A DNA stretch of 64,000 nt from Mytilus edulis (taxonomy: Eukaryota): positions 67,518,001-67,582,000 of the forward strand of contig NC_092357.1 in the NCBI RefSeq assembly GCF_963676685.1, in the 5' to 3' direction. A model generated the notes under the pieces. That model saw only the letters and a list, made by a program, of their open reading frames with translations, had not been told where the DNA came from and made no database searches. Position 1 is the stretch's first letter. Each line of letters starts with the position of its first letter. The translations under genes were made by a program, and so were the position numbers. Positions 1 through 12,388 of this stretch are shown piece by piece.

Positions 1-330
1 AATTCGTATTTATTGATTTTAAATTCGAGGAAATGCATTTGCTTTTTTGACGTAAATACCCGAAACTGCATACTTCAGTATTGTAATTTGGTGAGAAATA
101 TTTCAAAAACATAGTCTCATCATCCCCTGCTTATTATGTCAATACTTTATGCTTTAAAATCTTGTATTTTAAATTTATTCTTCCGTTTTTTTTTCTTTCT
201 TTTTAACACGTGTTATACTATATTAAACAATCCCATGTAGATAAAATAACCACAATGAAAAGATGTCAATTCTTTCTGTTCCGTTTTCCGTTTCCGTTCC
301 GTATTCCGTTTCCGCCGTTTAGCAACACCC

Positions 331-858
331 AGAGAAATGTATGTATTACTGAAAAATCATTACACCAGGGTTTTCGATATCACAAACTAGTCAAAACATT
401 TACTGAATTTTATTATCAGTACAAGGACATCATTCGTAAATAGTATTCAACATACAGACATCTTATACGTTCAGGTATTTCACATCCAATTTTTTATGGT
501 AATATTCTTTTTACAAAGCACAAAAATGTCGGCATTCAACTCAAAAGCTAACAAAACCTTTAAAGACTAATTAAGAAAGGGTATAGCTACGATACTGTTG
601 ATAGGTCATAAAATATTGCCTATGTTGGCTTTAATAATGACTCACTTATAGGATCTTTGCATAAAAAATAAAGGCATATATTCTAAAACCAGTTTTTGGC
701 ATGATACGGGTTATGTTCTTCTCATATATTTTATAATGGTAAAATACTGAACCCCTAACGGGAGGGTAGTGCTTAATAATCATTTGATAAAGACATAATC
801 TTTCAATCAGTTTAATTGAGGTCTTTAACTGGCATGTCGTTAACTGCTAGTAGTATTT
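331..858 (+). mobile_element. Penelope-like element fragment: RT C-terminus plus 3' region (repeat family A)
   Basis: RNVCITEKSLHQGFRYHKLVKTFTEFYYQYKDIIRK*YSTYRHLIRSGISHPIFYGNIL resembles PLE RT thumb/C-terminal sequence. The downstream 640-858 matches the copies at 55445-55660 (+) and 46390-46560 (-). Confidence 0.6.
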
Positions 859-869
859 TTTTATACAGT

Positions 870-1062
870 TGAAAGGTTCAGCTAGCTATCAAATCAGGTT
901 TAATCCCCTTTTTTCTACACAAGAAAATGCCTGTACCTATTCAGGAATATGACAGTTGTAATCCATTCGTTTGATGTGTTTGAGCTCTTGATTTTGCCAA
1001 TTGATTATTGGCTTTCCGTTTTAAACCTTCTTTGGAGTTCGATGTTTAGATAATTTAACTTT
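870..1062 (+). repeat. Dispersed repeat family B, 3' part
   Basis: Core TGCCTGTACC...CAGGAATATGACAGTTG...CCATTCGTTTGATGTG recurs near 6190, 12045, 28230, 35080(-), 38620, 39073, 47990 and 58290(-). Confidence 0.7.
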
Positions 1063-1240
1063 TTAGACAGTAGAAAACGGCATCTAAAACATATTTCACA
1101 CAATAGTGACTGTTGAACCCAATTTTTAAAATTTTACCTATGATGTATGTTTGTTCTGCTCAAACCTAATTGTAAACATATAGAAGTCTATGCAACTGTC
1201 ATACAAGCGAGAGGTTTAGCTTTCAAACAAGGTTAAATAC

Positions 1241-2275
1241 TTTTTAGCTCACCTGACCTGAAGGTCAAGTGAGTTTTACTCATCACTTGGCGTCCGTAGT
1301 CCATCGTCGTCCGTCGTCGTCGTCGTCTGTTACCATTATAAAAATCTTCTCCTTTGAAACTACTGGGACAAATTCAACAATCATCACTTGGGAATCTAGT
1401 TAAAAAAATGTGTCCGATGACCCGACTCGCAAACCAACATGGCCGACACAAAACAGAAAATATAGGCGTAATATGCAGTTCTTGGTTTGTCTGAAACTAA
1501 AACATTTAGAGGAAATCTGACATGGGATTGAAATGTTCATGAGGTTAACATCTATTCTCCCCTAAGTTTTCAGACGAGTCCCACAACCAATTCTTGAGTT
1601 GCTGCCCCTGAATTAGTAATTGTAAGGAAATTTTGCAGTTTTTTGGTTATTGTCTTGCATATTATATTAGATAGAGGTAAACAGCAATACTGTTTAGCAA
1701 AGTAAGATCTACAAATAAGTCAACATGACCAAAATTATCAGTTGATCCTTAAGGAGTTATTGATTTTTATAGTCAATTTTTTACAATTTTTCCTAAATTT
1801 TGTAATCTTTTACAAAATCTTCTTCTCTAAAACTACAGAGACAATTTAACCAAACTTGGCCACAATCATCATAACGGAATCTAGTTGAAATAATGTGTCC
1901 AATGATCCAGCCTTTTAATCAATATGGCCGACATGACTAAAAATAGAACATATGGGTAAAATGCAGTTTTTGGTTTATATCTCTGAAACTAAAGCATTCA
2001 AAGCAAATCTGACAGGTGGCAAACATGTTCAGCAGATTTTGATTTATCTGTCCTGAAATTTGTAGGGTTCGGAGTAAGTAATTTTACAGAAATTTTGCAT
2101 TTTTTTGTTATTTTATCATATATATCATTATAGTATAATATATAATATGACGAGTCTTTGTTTACTCCTTGGTTTAGATTGTTAATGTTTAATACTATTA
2201 TTATGATGTTAACCTTGTTTTACATAATTTCCAAAGCTTCAGGAAATACAGGTGAGCGACCCAGCCTTTAGTTTT
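1241..2275 (+). mobile_element. Helentron-associated non-autonomous element (HINE type)
   Basis: Starts TTTTTAGCTCACCTG and has the inverted subterminal CAGGTGAGCG at 2249-2258. A (GTC)n microsatellite lies near 1300-1327, and two internal repeats of about 475 bp start near 1341 and 1814. Confidence 0.65.
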
Positions 2276-2279
2276 TCTA

Positions 2280-5200
2280 CTTAAAGACATAAATTGTGAT
2301 TTAATATCTAAACCACTAAAATTTTTAAACCGTTGTTTTATTTCTTTGAAAAGTTAAAACGAATATTGGAAAGTTGTTGGCACTGAAGAAGAAAATGAAT
2401 TTCATCCTCAACCTCAGTACCACACAATTTACAGATACGTTCTGACACTATCAGATTTTTGTACCTTCCCTCTCAATCTCTAAATCGTAAGCACTGATAC
2501 GGAATTTCGTTAAATAATGTCTATATCTAAAATTTTCCTGCAAAAGGTAATTTTCTAAGCAAAATCTGCTTTTAAAAAGTTTATAAGTTCTAAGCTTGTT
2601 ACCATATAGTTTATTGTCTCTGAAATCATTTTTAAGCTCAGTTTGCCATATTAAATAATATTTTGATTGCATCTTTTTGCATAAATAGTTTTTTAACTTC
2701 GTCTGTAAATTAAGTGCATAATTTTCATTGATGCTAAAGTATTTAAATAAAGTTTGAATACTGGTATACCAGCTCTTTTTCTGCTCATGATGTACAGATT
2801 ATGAGAGGTTGAAAGCCTCTTTTAATAATAAATCATCGGATTTTTTTAAACGTATATAGTATTTAAACATATTTAATAAAACCTCCAAAAACAGAGGATA
2901 TCTGCCCAGTTCACCCATAACTGCAATATTTGTTGCTTTTTTACTTACTCCAAGTATAAATTTACAAAAGCTTAAATGAGCCTTCTCTACTGCCAGGTCT
3001 CCACATAGTTTTTTGACATAGTTATCCCCTTGAGTGTTTAGTTTGTGAAAGTTAATGTCACCCCATATTTCACTGCCATACATAAAGACTGATCTAACTG
3101 TATGGTCAAAAACATGAAGTAGTGTTTTTATTTTTGGTTTATGACCTGAGAACATTTTTTTAGTTTAAAAAAGGTCTTTAGCCCTTTAATATACATTTCA
3201 TGTTGGGCATCTGTAAATTTGCAATTAATACTAAATTTGACACCCAAGTAGGTATAATTTTTTGTGTTCGTTAGGGGGGTATTATTTAAATGAAATTGAG
3301 TAGAAAGAAGTCTACCAGAATTGCTAAAAATCATGACTTTGGAATTATTAATATTAACTTCCAGTCCCCAATTATTGCAATAGATCTGTAGTTTATCAAG
3401 ACATATTGTAGACCCCTTGGAGTTTCAGAAAGCAAAATTAGATCATCTGCATACATCAGACAATTAAGTTTTGTATTATTTAGTTTAACTGGAAAGCAAT
3501 CCTCATCAAATATATCTGGAATATCATTAACAAAAATGTTGTACAAGATGGGACTTAAATTATCTCCCTATCTCACTCCTATAAAAGATGAAAAAGTGTC
3601 AGTTACATGATTAGGGTCAATTTTCACTGACAATAAAAATTATTATATATATCTTTAACAACATTATAAAATATATCACTAACACCAAGTTTTCATAATT
3701 TATAAAATAAGCCTTCATGCCAAACTTTATCAAAGGCTTTTTTGAAATCAATAAAGCAGGTATACAAATGTTTTAAACCTGTTTGAGTATATTTATCAAT
3801 AAGACATTTCATGACAAACATATGATCTGAAGTACGCTTGCCTTTGCAGAAACCAATTTGCTCAGGACAAATGATATTTCTTTTAATACAAAATTTTTCT
3901 AATCTTTTAGTAAGAATTTTTGTAAATACTTTACTTAGACAACTAGTCACAGTTAGTCCACGATAATTTGATGGATCATCCTTTGAACCATTTTTAAATA
4001 GGGCAGTTATAAAACCATTAGCCCATATCTGAGGATAGTTTCCACTATTTTATTAAAAACATGATTAAAACTTTTAATTAGAAAACTTTGACTATTTTTT
4101 GTCATTTCATTTGAAATGCTGTCATGATTTTTTATTCTTTAATGTATGAATTGCATCAGAAATTTCTTTATCTGTGATAAGGATGTCTAGCTCAGTAAAA
4201 CACTTTAGCATTTTCCAAGTTACGTAAAAATTCTATTATATAAGGGGAAGGAGTTCCTGGGTTTTTTGTTAAGATCTTTAAAATATTCAGCCCACTCCGT
4301 GCTTGTTATATTTGATGATTTTTCTGTCTTTTTGTCTGAATTTTTAAGGGATTCTAATAAAGTCCAATAACTTTTCGGGTTTTCCTCACGCAAGTTATCA
4401 AGTTGATCTATAAGATCAGCACGGAATTCTCTATATTTAGTTTTTCTTGCTTTTCTGTATTTTTTCAGTAAAGCAAAGAATGAGGATCTAATATAAGGAT
4501 CTTTGTTATATTTTTTAAAAAGCTTTTCTTTATCGCATAACTGTTTTTTCATATTTATAAGGGGTAGGTCAAACCATTTAGACTGTTGACTTTTCTTCAC
4601 TTTAGCAGTACCATTTACCTGTTTTATAATCTTTCTCGTAACAGAAATATTAGCTGCCTCATAAAGGATATTATTCAGATCTTGTATCATAATATTTGAG
4701 TCACCAGTATAGTTTGTGTTATTAAATGTTTTTATTTTTTTCTTGAACCAATTGTGAAGCTAGAGCATTTTGGAATTTCTCTGCAGAATTTTCTTCCCAT
4801 ATATATTGGTTTGGTAAAGAGTGAACATCTTTTTGCACTGCATTAAATATACAGTTAACTTTTAACATTGTGGATACCTGGCATTGATCAGAGTGGCTTT
4901 GAAATCATGAACCTTAAAAAACAGTATATTACTTAAAAGACTTTCGGAAGATAAAAAAATAGTCTACCACACTACTACCCATAGCGGTGTGGCAAGTAAG
5001 CTGACCTATATTATCACCAGGGGTTCTACCATTTAAGATACGGATCCCTGTCTGCACACACAAGTCGTTAAGTGTCTTGTCCCTTAGGGATGAAATGCTA
5101 TCTTGCTGCTATGACAGACTGGTATATCAAAATTAGGGTTATATTCTTCAAATAAAGAAGAGATATGAGTATCTAAAATATCGTTTTGAATAAAGTCTAA

Positions 5201-5700
5201 TTGTTTGGACCCTGTTCTAGCATTTACATCGCCAGCAATTAAAATCTTTCCAAGTTTGGAATAATTTACTATATCATTTTCCACATATTCCAGAATATCA
5301 TAGGTTAGAGATTGAGAATATGTAAAATTGGCAGGGGGGTTATATAAAAAAACAGAGATATAAATCTTCAGGTAAGCCACAAAATTGCTTACAAAGTTTA
5401 AGCCAAATGTAGTCATTTGTTTTGTGTTTTAAGAATTTTATTCCAGGTCTCAGTGTAGACCTTACATATACAGAAATACCACCAGACCGTTTTCTTGTGC
5501 GTGCAGACATAGGCCGAATAAGATGCACAGCTTTAAAATCTGGTATTTCCAATGCATCTTCAAGAGAGCAATGGGTTTCAAGTAAACAAAAAATATCTTT
5601 TTTGTTGAATTCACTAATAAAATCTGAATCACTGTATCCTTTTAGTTTAAAACCATTAATATTCCAACAGCTTACACGTAAAGTGTTTTGATAACCAGTA
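2280..5700 (-). mobile_element. Decayed non-LTR retrotransposon ORF2 (APE + RT), RTE-X-like
   Basis: Frameshifted ORF pieces: WNING, CLLETH, SGGISVYV and AGDVNART (APE); EQIGFCKGKRTSDH, FIDFKKAFDKV and YADDL (RT); GELGRYPL, KLRTYKLFK and FRISAYDLEIE (C-terminus typical of RTE-X). Confidence 0.85.
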
Positions 5701-6050
5701 CACAGAAGGAAAAAATCATCAGACATAAAAAGAAAAAAGACCAAAAAACTGAGATATCCATAGATATAAGTTTCTTGTACAGTAATGTAACAAATTTTAC
5801 AGTAAATAGAGTAAATAATATACATTTTTGTAAAGTTTATAATTATGGTACATGTATAAATGAAGGCCTTTTTGGCCAATAAAAGCTACACAAACAAAAA
5901 TATTGACTCTTGACTTATATAAGAGTATATGTATACATGTATAATAGGGGATCAAAACATTCTTGTGCCACATACATGTACATTTAAAAAATAAAATAAA
6001 ACATATTATTTATAATTATCATAAGCAAATAATACTTGCTTTAATAACTG

Positions 6051-6185
6051 AATTGGGGACTGGAAGTTTATATTACTAAATCAAAAGTCATGATCTTTAG
6101 CAATTCTGGTGGACTTCTTTCTATTCAATTTCATTTAAACAATACCCCTTAACGAACACAAAAAATTATACCTATTTGGGTGTCA
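6051..6185 (+). repeat. Inverted duplicate of LINE RT segment 3239-3373
   Basis: About 135 bp matching the reverse complement of 3239-3373, with roughly 10 mismatches by eye. Confidence 0.8.
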
Positions 6186-6357
6186 ATTTAATATGACAGT
6201 TGTTTTCAGTTCGTTTGATGTGTTCGATGTTTTGATTTGACATTTGATAAAGCCTTTACGATTTGAATTTCAGTTGAGTTCAATATTTTTGATATTTTAC
6301 TTTCGCCGTTTTTTGTTTCATAATGACAAGTAAGCGAAAGTCTAATTTGTCTTTTCT

Positions 6358-7662
6358 TTAACGACGACTTACGAGTAGGTCGGGCTTGTAAGTGTAGTCA
6401 CTTCGATGACCATTCATGCGTTTGTTGAATGGCTGTTCTGTCTCGCCAACATAATGCATGCCACATCGACACTGAAGGCGGTATACAACATTGTGTGTTT
6501 TGCAAGTTACATTGCAAAATATAGTGTAGACATACCCAGTCGGGTGGCAAGTAAATGTTTGAGTATTTAGTATTTTTTGACAAGTCAGACAACGTTTGTT
6601 ACCACACGACATGCACCATCCTGCAGTTGAACAGCTTTTATTTGAGGAGACCTCAGCTCTTACAAATAAGTCTTTCAGACTTGCTGGTCTCCGAAAAGCT
6701 AAGACAGAAGGATTGGGAAAGATCTTAGATAATTTAGGGTGCTTGGCAATAATTTGCCAATTGGCACGGATCAACACGTGAAAGGTTAGTAAAGGTGGAA
6801 TTGTATATTAGAACAAACGTGACTATTCTTCTGCGCCTCTTCCGTTTGTACTATAACAGGTCATTGCGGCTGTTATTGATAGCGCGCACAAACCCCTTAT
6901 GTATGTCCAATTTCTTATAAACTCGTTTGGTCACAAACCCGCGAAGTTCCTGTAACCGTTTCATGACAACCTCTTGAGAGGAGCAAATCCGCTTTACTCT
7001 AAGAGCTTGACTGAACGGGATACTTTTTGTACAGTATTTGGGGTGACAGCGTTTGGGAGAAAGGTACTGATGTTTATCTGTAGGTTTACAGTAGAGGTCT
7101 GTTGATATAATATGACACCGACCGTAATAGATGTAGTTGTGTCTAAAGAAGATATTTCAGAGTTGGAAATTTCATACGTAAATTTAATTGACTGATGGGC
7201 GTTGTTTTTCTTATCTGATGAAATCATCCAGTTTTTTGTTGGGATTCAATCCAGTTCATATCAACATCATCAATGAAACGGAACCAAGACAGAGGTTTGG
7301 AAAATATGTTGAAATAATTTGTTTTTCTAATTTGTCCATGAAAATATTGGCGTAAGATGATGCCATTTTTGTCCCCGTCACGGTCTCGTTTATTTGAAGG
7401 TAAGGATCACCATTAAAGGTGAAATTGTTGCATTTCAGGACCAGTGTAAGCAGCTGTACTAAGCATTCAGTTGGTGGTTCTCCAGTATTGTGCGAGTCCT
7501 ATATTTCCTTACAAGATTTTATGCTGTTATCATGAGGTATGTTGGTATACACTGAGGTGACATCCAAAGTGACAAGGAGGGTTCCCGGAGGAAGAGGGTT
7601 CATGGATTCCATTTTACGAAGATAATCTGTAGTGTCTTGAATGTGGGAAGGAACATTTTTAC
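6358..7662 (-). mobile_element. Truncated Penelope-like element (RT, Cys linker, GIY-YIG), Neptune-like
   Basis: PSHIQDTTDYL, LVTLDVTSVYTNIPH, CNNFTFN, GTKMASSYANIFM and WFRFIDD (RT); linker CGNKRCLTC; GIY-YIG NVVYRLQCRCGMHYVGET...KRMNGH. Contains stops and frameshifts. Confidence 0.88.
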
Positions 7663-7735
7663 AGGGGATAGCTAACTTTGATCTTTGAAAATAAGATACA
7701 TGCGTTATAGTTAGTAACTTGATAGTTGTATTTAC

Positions 7736-7827
7736 CGTATCACACGTGTCCTTGTGTTTGCAAAACTTTTTTAGATTGGTGAAATTTTCTTTACATTTTC
7801 CACATGTAAAATTATCGGTTGGCTCAT
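7736..7827 (-). CDS. Isolated exon encoding a C2HC-type zinc finger; gene membership unknown
   Basis: ttgcttacag|AT...ACG|gtaaat, 92 nt, phase 1-0. Translates to EPTDNFTCGKCKENFTNLKKFCKHKDTCDT (C-x2-C-x3-F-x8-H-x3-C). Confidence 0.55.
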
Positions 7828-8044
7828 CTGTAAGCAAATGCATCAGGAATTTAAAGTTGTAGCATAACATTCATTTGAAAACTTAAGTCATTTTTGAACA
7901 GTTACTGGTTTCTATAAACTTGTACTTTATTTTATAATTAAAGCGTTTGTACTGCTAGCCTAATACATATAGCATTTTAAAGTCAGTTATGAGTTTATAC
8001 TTTTTGGCTAGTTTTATATGTTATGAATAGTGGTAATTGCTTAA

Positions 8045-8246
8045 GGTGGTACTTGGACCCTTTGGAATTGTTTTTACAAAAAACATGAACCAATCATGTT
8101 CTCGTGAAAAAAAATGATTGAATTATTGCAGTTTGACAAACACTCATTTTGATCATGGAGAAGCTTAATATTTTCTAAACAATGAAACATGATTATAAAG
8201 TTTAGCTGATTTTACAGAATAAAATCCTCTAGTATTAGGTACCACC
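8045..8246. mobile_element. MITE with TTAA target-site duplication (Kolobok-like)
   Basis: TTAA|GGTGGTAC...GTACCACC|TTAA: 8-bp terminal inverted repeats, RR/YY termini. Confidence 0.7.
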
Positions 8247-9987
8247 TTAAAGGACTCAAAATAGATGGCTATAGATACAAGAAGATGTGGTATAAGTGCC
8301 GATGGGGCTACTCTCCATCTAAAACATAATTTGTACAAAGAAAACCAATATAAGTCGGAGTACGGCCTTGAATAGTAACCTAGGGTCATACCAAAAAGAA
8401 ATCCAGAAAGACACATTGTAACATGTGTAAAATATCTATTGAAATAGCTAAACTCGAGCAAAAAGAAAGATTAACAAAAATGTAAACATACACTGAACGA
8501 ATACCTGTAAAGTTGATATATGACACACTATAAATACAACATGTTTAACAATGTCAAAAAGACAACTATAAACTGGGACAATATGGCATTGAAAACAATA
8601 ACATATACAGGAAACTATCAATAAAATATTATTAATTGTAAAGAGTACAGACAAATTTGCTTATCAAATCTATGAAAGAATTTTAATTAGTAAAAGTTTT
8701 AAGTAATTTATGGTAACGAAATCCCTGACTTAATAATTTACTAGTGATGTATTGATTACGTTTGTTTAAATCTATGACATCACTACACTCACGGGCATAC
8801 CGAACGAGTTGGAATATATTAACACCGTATGATGGACCCAAAGGAACCTCGCCATCTAAATTAGGAAATAAAAATTGTCTTTTTTGTCTTAAATTTTAGT
8901 ATGGATTTTCCCTTTAGAAATTGAAATGTCTGAATCTATAAAAAGTCAACTACTGCTGTTATTGTCAGATTTATTTAAAATAAGTTCCTTTTGGTAAATT
9001 TTGGTTGTATATTTGAGGAACTTAGGATTGTTTAACATTAGAATCTTCTCAAAATAACGGTAGTAACAATGACGTGTGTTTACTGAGTTTGGTCATAAAC
9101 TGAGATTCATAGCAATACAGGAATATTTCTGCTATTAAAGGGGTACAATTATTGTCCATATAAATATCTACTACCTGTCGATACCCATTATCATTGAAAA
9201 GTATATATATGTTGTCCAGGAGAATAAATTAAAGCTTGACATATACACTTTTTTAAAACACTGGTTCAATATTGATAACATGCTTCACAAAAAGTCTATT
9301 TCAATAGATCAAATGGCTGATTATACCCTGTCTTGTTAAGCGGGCGGAATACTAATATTTTGGGAGTCCATCCGTCCTTCTGTTCCATCTTTGTATTTGC
9401 TACTTAACCGCTTGACAGAGTTTTGTTTAATTGCAATATTCTGGAAGTACCCATATTGTACTCACAACTTGTCCAAGGCCTTTATATATAATTTAATGAA
9501 ATTTCTATGAATCTTGATCATATGATACCATTGCATGCCTCTCATTCTGTTATTTGGTTTAAACTTTTGTTTAGGTTACCATCACCTAATTATATAATTT
9601 GCTATTGCTTTATACGTGAGTACTCATTTCGTGTCCGCAAGTCGTACTTAACATAAACTGATAAAACTGTTTTCAGATTCCATGCCAAAGGATGCCTTTT
9701 TGCTATTTCTTTGTTTTCGGGTCAAAATTATTTTGAGGATTTCCTATACCAAATCATGTACTTTGCAAGGGTCGGGATATCATTTTTAGCTTCGCCCACA
9801 ACAACTTTAATAAATCGAATAGATGTGGACATTTTTGTCAAGGCAAATAAAATCTTCCAGCAAAATAAAATTTAATTCAAAATGTTCCCTTTTACTATTC
9901 AATCTGCTGTATTACACACATACTCTATTGATATAGTATGTCATTCGTTCATATCTTGTAAAGAATAAGTAATAAACAAACTAATCT

Positions 9988-10004
9988 TCATTGTCGGTGA
10001 TCAT
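9988..10004 (-). CDS. Candidate terminal coding exon of the second HEPN gene
   Basis: attacttacag|AT GAT CAC CGA CAA TGA. The phase-1 start closes a frame-consistent 393-aa model. Confidence 0.3.
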
Positions 10005-10300
10005 CTGTAAGTAATTAGTTTGGGTTGAATTGTAATTTAAGGTTGTACAGAACATCTACGGTTATTTAATTATTCAAAAACTAACTGAAACTTGTTATCA
10101 TATACTAATAATGAAGAGAATTTAAGCCTCTCTCAATGACCAACATTAGTGTTTCATTGTCAAACTGCTATATATCTTATGAAATTATTCATGATATGTA
10201 TGTGGTTCAACACTTTAAAATAAATATTTTGTAAACATTTTATGAAAATTAAATCAACCAAATCTATTTTAGAACTTATGTTAGAAATTTCGAAATTTAC

Positions 10301-10327
10301 CTTGATCAGAGTTGTCATCTCTACTAC
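10301..10327 (-). CDS. Candidate micro-exon of the second HEPN gene
   Basis: ttttatcttgcag|GT...CAA G|gtaaat, 27 nt, phase 1-1, SRDDNSDQ. Confidence 0.45.
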
Positions 10328-10477
10328 CTGCAAGATAAAAGATGTCGATATTTATTATTTACATAATAAGGAGCTGTTAATTTTCAAACATTAATACAAT
10401 GTAACCATCATAGAGTTTGCTATATCAAGTATTTTCCAGAATAATGCTCTACTATGAAGATAAATCGTCAAAATTAA

Positions 10478-10935
10478 AGGGGCACTAGCTACGAGATATA
10501 TAAAAAATCTAATATATTATTTGTTTTACTCAATCATTAATGAAATACAAATAGTGAAATAATTATTCGCTTTAAGCAGCCAGTATCGTTCAATTTTTTT
10601 CAAAATAAGCTACAAAACATTGACTTTGAATTATTTACTTGCAAGTGAATAATTCGACCTTATTGAGTCCGTATTCATGTGAACTTCAATTAAACCCCTA
10701 AGCTTAGGATGGATAACACGTGAATTGTATGTGTAAAGTTATTTAAAGGAAACAAATGTCAACATTGAAAGTGAAACAAAGGTAAATCATTTGATTGACG
10801 GATTCGATCCACCAAAATATCATTTTTAGACAGGTGAAAACGATAATTAATATTTATTTTTCATCTATAATATGAAATTAAATAGATCTAGAATAATCAA
10901 GCAGCACGAGTTTGCTTAATCTATTTATATCTAAA
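10478..10935 (-). mobile_element. Truncated copy of the Kolobok-like element at 40776-41458
   Basis: TTAA|AGGGGCACTAGCT terminus. The sequence matches the reverse complement of about 41000-41458. Confidence 0.75.
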
Positions 10936-10939
10936 TTTC

Positions 10940-11445
10940 CCAATCCCAGCCTTCCCTTTGTTAAATGAAACATTGTGGTACAATGTCAGAGAGATCCATA
11001 CAGTTACACACAAGTTATTGTCCAGAAACTACACAAAAGCTTGTTTTGGCCCCTTTTTTGCCCTTAATTCCTAGACTATTTGTCCCATAACCCTTAAAAT
11101 AAATTCCGACCTTCTACTTATGGTACTACACATTGTGGAAAAATTGCAGAGCAATTGAAACACTTATACACAACATATTGTCCTGAAACTAGATAAATGC
11201 TTGTTTTTGGGCCCCTTTGGGTTTCTAGTTCTCAAACCTTTGGGTACATAACCCACAAAATAAATCCTAACCTTCCTTTAGTGGTAATGAGTATTGTGTT
11301 AAAATTTTATTGATTCCTAGTCATTATACTAAAGTTATTATCCGGAAATCATCTGTCTTCGGACGACGCTCACGATGACGCCGACGACAACGACGACATG
11401 ATACCAATATACGACCAAAACAAAAAAATCCGGTCGTATAAAAAC
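10940..11445 (-). mobile_element. HINE-type element with about 165-bp internal tandem repeats
   Basis: Three diverged repeats (aaccttcc...ttgtggt...aagttattgtcc), a (GAC)n tract, and the terminal hairpin TATACGACC...GGTCGTATAAAAA. Confidence 0.55.
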
Positions 11446-11627
11446 AAATATAATTTAACTGAAAATTTTATCAACATGGAAGAAATATTCCGGATCAAAT
11501 CTAGCTGTATGATTGAAATTGTTTCATACATGTCTTCTTATGTTAAATTGTTAGACCTTGTTTCAGTGACTATGAAAAATCGGAAAAATCATAATCATAA
11601 TGACATTAGTCATATGTCTTACAAGAC

Positions 11628-11871
11628 TGGCCTTTGTTAGTCGTGTATGATTTTTAATTTTTGTTAATTTATATGTTTTCATAGTTTAGTATGACGTCCA
11701 CTTTAACAGAACTATTACTCAAATTTGTTAAGGGGCCAGCTGACGACCGCCTCCGGGTGCGGGATTTTTTCGTTGTGTTGAAGACCATATGGTGGTCTGC
11801 GGCTGTTTTCTGCTCTTTGTTCGGGTATGTTGGCTCTTTGACACCTTCATCCTTTCCATTCTCAATTTCAT
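11628..11871 (+). repeat. Repeat family A, 3'-terminal fragment
   Basis: Matches 55880-56119 and the reverse complement of 45940-46180, ending CATTCTCAATTT. Confidence 0.75.
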
Positions 11872-12331
11872 CGATCATTATGCTGTCTATGCTATACTAG
11901 AGCATGATGCATTATACTTTTTTTTTATTTTCAAGTACCGTAAAAAGAATAGAGCAGCTTACAAAATAAAAAAAAAAACCCAGAAAATTAAAATGCATAA
12001 TGTTGCTTGAAAATGGAACTAACAATGTTTAATATGTCCTTAAGTATGCGTGTACCGAGTCAGGAATATGACAGTTGCTTTCCATTAATAGTTGGATGTG
12101 TTTAAGTTTTATATTTGGATTAGGAACTTTCTGTTTTGAATATTATTAGTTCGGTATTTTTGTTATTTAATATTTTTTATAATGGAATAATTCAATAAGA
12201 TCATATGCTTTGAAGTTCAAATATACAACTACACATTCATATAATGATAATTCTAGCATTAAACATATAATCAATACTACAAAAGGCAAAACATTAAAGC
12301 AAAAAGTGCCGTTTTGTATTGAAGTCCTTAC

Positions 12332-12388
12332 CCTGAGATGTTTGGATTGGTGTCGGATTAACTTGCAGTTTTAACTCGAAACTGACTT
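12332..12388 (-). CDS. Candidate micro-exon of the second HEPN gene
   Basis: ttcattttacag|AA...CAG G|gtaagg, 57 nt, phase 1-1, VSFELKLQVNPTPIQTSQ. Confidence 0.45.

Noticed and set aside
441-443. Selenocysteine read-through as reported for some Naiad PLEs
   Set aside because: The in-frame stop is TAG, not TGA, and frameshifts follow, so this is simple decay.
7499-7870. ORF appearing to fuse a zinc finger to a reverse transcriptase
   Set aside because: It is a chance in-frame read-through of intron, a spliced exon and a 5'-truncated PLE, and it stops early in RT.
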